From a virus (Duplodnaviria > Caudoviricetes), in IMG/VR virus record IMGVR_UViG_3300031857_001042, positions 1 through 28,375 of that record: a stretch of 28,375 nucleotides of DNA; one strand, given 5' to 3'. The notes beneath the pieces are model-generated. The model made no database searches, had not been told where the DNA came from, and worked only from the letters and a program-made list of their open reading frames with translations. The first letter of the stretch is position 1; the number at the start of each line of letters is the position of its first letter. A program made the translations under genes and the position numbers. Of this stretch, positions 23,489 to 28,375 are shown one piece after another.

Positions 23489-23517
23489 AATATAGAGCAT
23501 GTTCGTGAAAAGGTCAA
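23489..23517 (-). promoter_or_regulatory. Sigma70 promoter TTGACC-N17-TATATT, divergent from terL
   Basis: Plus-strand GGTCAA at 23512-23517 and AATATA at 23489-23494, with a 17-bp spacer. Confidence 0.75.
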
Positions 23518-23522
23518 CTGGT

Positions 23523-25241
23523 ATGGATGAAAAAAATCAAGAAATTATCAACAAGGTTTTAGAGTACAAACTGGAGGATCATCCGATACTGCCGGCACCC
23601 AACAAGCGGCAGCGGATGGCTATGATCCAGAACATTGGCCCGGAGAAGGTGCTTGATCTGTTTCTCATGCGGGAGAACAAGATTAAGGCCGAGCAGAACG
23701 ATCCGATGCGGTACGGCCACGAACTGGCGCATTGGCCGGATGCGGATAACCTGCTAGACCGCTACAACGAGCTGGTTGTCCTTGGGGGGAACCGCTCCGG
23801 TAAGACCGAGTACGCCGCCAAGCGGATGGCCCAGGCTTTCGTGGGGACTGACCTCAACGGGAGCGCCCCTGGCTGGATTAAGGAACGGTACGCCAAACGG
23901 AACATCCGCATCTGGTGCCTGCACACAACCCACATGACCAGTGTCTCCGCCCAGCAAAACGTCTTTTACAAGTACCTGCCGCCTGAGATACGGAACATCA
24001 AACGTACTAATCATACTCAGATTAGTTTTAGCCAGAAGAACGGCTTTAGCGACAATACGGCGGTGTATATGGGTAACCAGATCTGGTTCCTTAACTACGC
24101 TCAGGACATTAAGGTGGTCGAAGGGGGTGAAGTGGACTACGTCTGGTGCGACGAACTTGTCCCGCAGAACTGGCTGGAGACCCTCCGCTACCGTCTGGTC
24201 ACCCGTTCGGGTAAGCTGATCGTCACCTTTACGCCGGTGCAAGGGTACACCCAGGTCGTGAAGGAGTATATCAATAGTACCAAGGTCACCGTCAGCCGCC
24301 CCTCGCCCCTTTTACCAAATAACAATGTTCTAACGGTCCCCAAAGGTGAGATGCCCTACCAGGCGGAGAACCTGTATGGCCGGCACGCCTGTATCTGGTA
24401 TCATACGGAACTTAACCCGTACAACAATTGGGAACGGATGAAGCAGGAGCTTTCGGGGCGCTCCAGCCACGACATCAAGATCCGCGCTTACGGCTGGGCA
24501 GATCAGACGGCTGGCTCCGAATTTCCCATGTTTGGTGACCATAACCTGTGGAAGGGCGACGCTGAGGAGGTCATACCAGAGGGTAGCAACTATATGGCCG
24601 TCGATCCGGCTGGGGCGCGGAACTGGTTCATGCTCTGGGCCAGAGTAGACAAGCACGGTATACTGTGGGTCTATCGGGAATGGCCCGACCAAAGCTACGG
24701 GGAATGGGCGCTGCCTAGCGACAAGCCCGACGGTCGAGCTGGCCCGGCACAGAAGGCTGGTGCTGGCCGCGGGGTCAATGAGTATACGGAGCTTATCTGG
24801 AGCCTGGAGACTGCCGGGGACAAGCGCGAGATGATCGTGGACCGTTGGATTGACCCGAGAACCGCCGGCACCGAGACGATCACTAAAGACGGCGGTATCA
24901 CCGTGCTTGACCTGCTTGGTCAGACTGACAATCCGTTGATATTTACGCCTGCAGCAGGTCTGCCAATTGAGGAGCGGGTGCTGTTAATCAATGATCTTTT
25001 GTCGTGGGATAGAGAAAAACCAATGGTAAAAGGCGAAAACCACCCAAAACTGATGGTACATGAGTCTTGCCAGAACTTGATTTATAGTTTAAAGGAATGG
25101 ACTGGACAAGATGGGCAAAAAGGTGCTAGTAAAGATCCTATCGACGCTTTAGGGTATATGGTTGTGATGCAGCCGCAATACTTTGGCGGCTTGGATTGGG
25201 AAAAGCAATCTAAACGAATGTCTATGACCGGAAGTTATTAA
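23523..25241 (+). CDS. terL: Terminase large subunit
   Basis: Walker A GGNRSGKT, Walker B YVWCDE, coupling motif VTFTP, RNase H-like AVDPAG and KDPIDAL; ATG at 23523. Confidence 0.93.
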   Translation: MDEKNQEIINKVLEYKLEDHPILPAPNKRQRMAMIQNIGPEKVLDLFLMRENKIKAEQNDPMRYGHELAHWPDADNLLDRYNELVVLGGNRSGKTEYAAKRMAQAFVGTDLNGSAPGWIKERYAKRNIRIWCLHTTHMTSVSAQQNVFYKYLPPEIRNIKRTNHTQISFSQKNGFSDNTAVYMGNQIWFLNYAQDIKVVEGGEVDYVWCDELVPQNWLETLRYRLVTRSGKLIVTFTPVQGYTQVVKEYINSTKVTVSRPSPLLPNNNVLTVPKGEMPYQAENLYGRHACIWYHTELNPYNNWERMKQELSGRSSHDIKIRAYGWADQTAGSEFPMFGDHNLWKGDAEEVIPEGSNYMAVDPAGARNWFMLWARVDKHGILWVYREWPDQSYGEWALPSDKPDGRAGPAQKAGAGRGVNEYTELIWSLETAGDKREMIVDRWIDPRTAGTETITKDGGITVLDLLGQTDNPLIFTPAAGLPIEERVLLINDLLSWDREKPMVKGENHPKLMVHESCQNLIYSLKEWTGQDGQKGASKDPIDALGYMVVMQPQYFGGLDWEKQSKRMSMTGSY

Positions 25242-25243
25242 AT

Positions 25244-27349
25244 ATGATATCGCCAGTTGATCCTTTAGCTATTGCTTCTGATACGCCTGACATTGGCGAG
25301 CTATTGAGCGAGTACAACCGCTCGATGATTAACTCGTCACAGGGCAACTTGGTGACTAAGTTTGATAACATCCGTTTTGCTCGTTGGGCCGGCCAGACTG
25401 ACGACGGCAAAAAGCACAGTACTGCGCGCCCAGAGGGCAGCCCGGCATGGCCGTTTGAAGGTGCGAGTGACGTTCGCAACCGACTCATCGACTCGTCCTG
25501 CAACGAACTCTCCGCACTGTTGGTCACAGCCTTTCAACGTGCAACCATTCGGGCATCCGGGGTCACACTCGACGATGCACCGATCAGCGGCATTGCAACG
25601 AACCTTTTGCACTGGATTCGTGACGCTAAGATGCCGCAGGAGTTGCGTAAAGAAGCTGAACTTGGCGCCCAGTACGCTTTGCAGTACGGTTGGTCTGCAT
25701 TCTTCGTAGGCTGGCAGCAGAACATCAGCAAGCGCACACAAGAGATTACCGCTGAAGAACTCTTCCAGATGGCCGCGCAGGCGCAGGGCTCTGTGCTTGC
25801 GGAACTGCCGCAGATGATTCTCGATGCGCCCGACCAGGCCGCTGCAATCATTCAAGCGGCAATCCCTGACCTTGATGCGGACAACGCCAAGCGCATGGTT
25901 AATGAGATGGCTACGACTGGCCGCGCGACGTATGACCAGGAGTACGTCAGCCGGAACCTTCCCGAGATCGTTGCGCTTAAGCCTTGGGACGAGATCATCG
26001 TTCCACCAGAGACGGCTGATTTGCAGCGATCACGGGTCATTTACCGCAGGACATGGATGTCCGAGGTTGAGTTGCGTGAAAAGATTACCACGGAAGGTTG
26101 GGACCCGGACTGGGTCGAGCGTGCGCTGCAACAGATCGGCAAGAGCAGCACGTTCTACAACATCAACCTGCTGCCGACAACAACCATGTTGGTTTACAAC
26201 GGCGTAAACTACATGAACATGGTGGAGGTTGTGTATGCTTATACCAAGAGTCTCGACGGAAAAGCGCCCGCGATTTACTACACCGTTTTTTGTCCGCAAG
26301 CGGCGTCCAATCGAAAAGAAGATGCAGCCTCGTGGGCCATCCATCAGCGACTGGATTACGCTCATGGCGAATACCCGTTTGTGGAATTCCGTCGTGAACA
26401 GTTGCGCCGCGCTATTACTGATACTCGTGGTATACCCGAACTTGCAAGCACGGATCAAGATGAGATCAAGGCTCAGCACGATTCCATTCGGGACCATACT
26501 GCCTTCTCGACTTTACCTCCCATCAAAGTCGTCAAACGAATTGGTGCCATCAACAAGGTGGGCCCAGGAGTACAGCTCCCTGTCGTAAGTCCGACCGACT
26601 ACAGTTTCATGGAGCCGCCGGCACGCGAACCCACGGTGGCATTCAAGCTCATCGAGCGTGTCGAGGCTAATCACGCGGCTTACTTTGGCACGGTCAACGC
26701 CTTGGTGCCACCCGTAAAGACGCAGATGCTCCAACAGTTGCTGGTCAATAGCTGGCTGCTGAGTTGGCGCAACATCTACCGGCAGATGTTCTCGCTGTGC
26801 TGCCAGTACATGAGTCCAGAGGAGATCATGCGCGTCACAGGTGGGCAACTACCGCAGAGCATGTCCGAGATACACAACGAATTCGACCTTAACGTCCGAT
26901 TTGACGTGATGGACATGGACAAGGAGTACATCGCGCAGAAGATTGACTTCCTCACGAAGGTTGCTCAGTTGGACACTGGTGGAGTGCTTAACAGAACACG
27001 GCTGACCGAGATGATGATTCAAGCCATCGCACCTGAGATGGCAAGCGAGCTTATCCTTAACCAACAGCAGGCCAGTGTGCAGATGTTCAAGGACGTGCAA
27101 AGTGACATTGGCATGATGCTGCTCGGAAACGAGGCGTTGTACCAACAGAACGATCCTGCCGCACAGACCAAGTTGCAATACGCGCAGCAGGTGATGCAGG
27201 CCAACCCGAAAGCGCAGGCTGCGCTTCAGCAGGACGAGAACTTCCGTGCGCTCTTTGAGAACTACGTTAAGAGCCTTCAGATGTCTGTTATGCAACAGCA
27301 AAACGCGCAGATTGGCCGGATTGGTGTAACTCCTGTATCTCAACAATGA
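25244..27349 (+). CDS. Portal protein (P22-like, with Gln-rich C-terminal barrel)
   Basis: 701 aa directly after terL; YPFVEF...RGIPEL...QDEI segment and Gln-rich helical C-terminus. Confidence 0.85.
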   Translation: MISPVDPLAIASDTPDIGELLSEYNRSMINSSQGNLVTKFDNIRFARWAGQTDDGKKHSTARPEGSPAWPFEGASDVRNRLIDSSCNELSALLVTAFQRATIRASGVTLDDAPISGIATNLLHWIRDAKMPQELRKEAELGAQYALQYGWSAFFVGWQQNISKRTQEITAEELFQMAAQAQGSVLAELPQMILDAPDQAAAIIQAAIPDLDADNAKRMVNEMATTGRATYDQEYVSRNLPEIVALKPWDEIIVPPETADLQRSRVIYRRTWMSEVELREKITTEGWDPDWVERALQQIGKSSTFYNINLLPTTTMLVYNGVNYMNMVEVVYAYTKSLDGKAPAIYYTVFCPQAASNRKEDAASWAIHQRLDYAHGEYPFVEFRREQLRRAITDTRGIPELASTDQDEIKAQHDSIRDHTAFSTLPPIKVVKRIGAINKVGPGVQLPVVSPTDYSFMEPPAREPTVAFKLIERVEANHAAYFGTVNALVPPVKTQMLQQLLVNSWLLSWRNIYRQMFSLCCQYMSPEEIMRVTGGQLPQSMSEIHNEFDLNVRFDVMDMDKEYIAQKIDFLTKVAQLDTGGVLNRTRLTEMMIQAIAPEMASELILNQQQASVQMFKDVQSDIGMMLLGNEALYQQNDPAAQTKLQYAQQVMQANPKAQAALQQDENFRALFENYVKSLQMSVMQQQNAQIGRIGVTPVSQQ

Positions 27350-27597
27350 CGGAAAATCAAAAGGACGCCTTTGGCTTTTCAGGAAAAAACATTGTCTGGA
27401 GCGAAGTGCTAAAAGTTATTGAGCAGTTGCAGGAGCAACATTGGATGCTTGCTATAAGTAAAGACTGCAAAGGAGAAGATAGGATACATGCGGCAGGGCA
27501 GGCTGACGGGATTAATTTACTTTTGAGCACACTTATTGAATTAAGAAAACAAGCTAGAGAATTAAACGGCTTGACAACAAACGAAGATTTGGCATAA
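27346..27597 (+). CDS. Small hypothetical protein between portal and scaffold
   Basis: ATGA coupling; RIHAAGQADGINLL helical motif. Confidence 0.7.
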   Translation: MTENQKDAFGFSGKNIVWSEVLKVIEQLQEQHWMLAISKDCKGEDRIHAAGQADGINLLLSTLIELRKQARELNGLTTNEDLA

Positions 27598-27659
27598 CGC
27601 TAAAAGCGGGCTAACCAGCGTTACTGGTTTGATTAAATAAGGACTTGCTACCTATTAGC

Positions 27660-28375
27660 ATGAACGAAACACAATCACAGCCTGACGCCGGGAGTCAGGA
27701 GGCAGGCAGTACACCCGTTGCACAGAAACTCGGTTTGCTGGACCAGCAAAGTCTTAGTGACCTGCTCAAGTCTGGTTTCCTTGACGAGAAGGAGGCGGCT
27801 CCCGCCACAGAGGAGAAGGCTGAACCTGTAGCTGAGACTGAGGAGCCAATTGTGGACTCGGAAGCTGAAGCAGAGGTAGAAGCCGATCAGCCCATTGAAG
27901 AAGAAGCTGAAGCTGAAGAAAGTTCGTTAAGCAAGGGCGTACAGAAGCGCATCAACAAGTTAGTTGCTGCGAAGAAGGCCGCTCAAGCTGAACTGGAAGC
28001 GCAAAAGTCGCGTCTGGCTGAACTGCAAAAGGAACTGGAGACTGCGAAGTCCTCAGCGCCGGCAAGACAGGTGGACGTATCTGATGTTGTCGAGCGTTTG
28101 ACTACACTTGAACAAGTGAAGGAAGAACGCCAGAGAGCGTTGGATGTCATTTTGTGGTGCGAAGAGAACCCAGATGGTGGAGTCATCACCCTGCCCGATG
28201 GCACGGAGAAGGATCTTACCGACCAGGAAGTTCGCAGCATGAAGAGACTGGCGATTCGGCGCAAGGAAATCGAGCTGCCAGCCCGCGAAGAGTACCTGCA
28301 ACAGCAGTCCTACGTCGAGGGTGAAGTGGTGAAGGACTTTCCTTGGTGGAGCAAGCCAGAGACTGAGGAGTACCA
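27660..28375 (+). CDS. Capsid scaffolding protein, 3'-truncated by the window edge
   Basis: Hand-translated MNETQSQPDAGSQEAG..., acidic disordered region, then SKGVQKRINKLVAAKK coiled coil. No stop was seen before the window end. Confidence 0.8.
   Translation, partial: MNETQSQPDAGSQEAGSTPVAQKLGLLDQQSLSDLLKSGFLDEKEAAPATEEKAEPVAETEEPIVDSEAEAEVEADQPIEEEAEAEESSLSKGVQKRINKLVAAKKAAQAELEAQKSRLAELQKELETAKSSAPARQVDVSDVVERLTTLEQVKEERQRALDVILWCEENPDGGVITLPDGTEKDLTDQEVRSMKRLAIRRKEIELPAREEYLQQQSYVEGEVVKDFPWWSKPETEEY

Noticed and set aside
23067-23517. Short ORFs 23067-23249 (+) and 23296-23517 (-)
   Set aside because: They have weak starts (the minus ORF begins inside the -35 box) and no protein-like features. 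Base-paired structure explains the region better.
1-28375. tRNA or rRNA genes
   Set aside because: No cloverleaf with D and T-loop consensus was found by eye in the intergenic regions. tRNAscan-SE or ARAGORN would be decisive.

Overview
This window is a segment of a tailed dsDNA bacteriophage genome with podovirus-like gene order. From left to right it holds: (1) a tail and ejection-protein module (1-9159) with an inserted PAPS-reductase-family/YkgJ gene pair; (2) a metallophosphoesterase; (3) a replication/recombination module (10622-16001) with an RPA-like SSB, an HTH protein, a Holliday junction resolvase, a replication-initiator-like protein, a RecE-like exonuclease, a C5 DNA methyltransferase and a DnaB helicase; (4) small middle genes and a probable HTH/TerS; (5) an inverted cluster of small early-type genes (19127-21676); (6) a repeat- and hairpin-rich, largely non-coding zone (21680-23520); (7) terminase large subunit, portal and the start of a scaffolding protein. 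Four observations stand out. DnaB is split inside its ATPase core into two intact, exactly collinear ORFs separated by 2.4 kb of other genes. The C5 methyltransferase has its motif IX in a nested alternative-frame ORF. A near-consensus sigma70 promoter fires antisense into a ~470-nt densely base-paired non-coding region that ends in a CTTAAG array. TTCAAA(T) repeat clusters recur three times, twice inside coding sequence. All product calls come from motif recognition by eye; no database searches were run.
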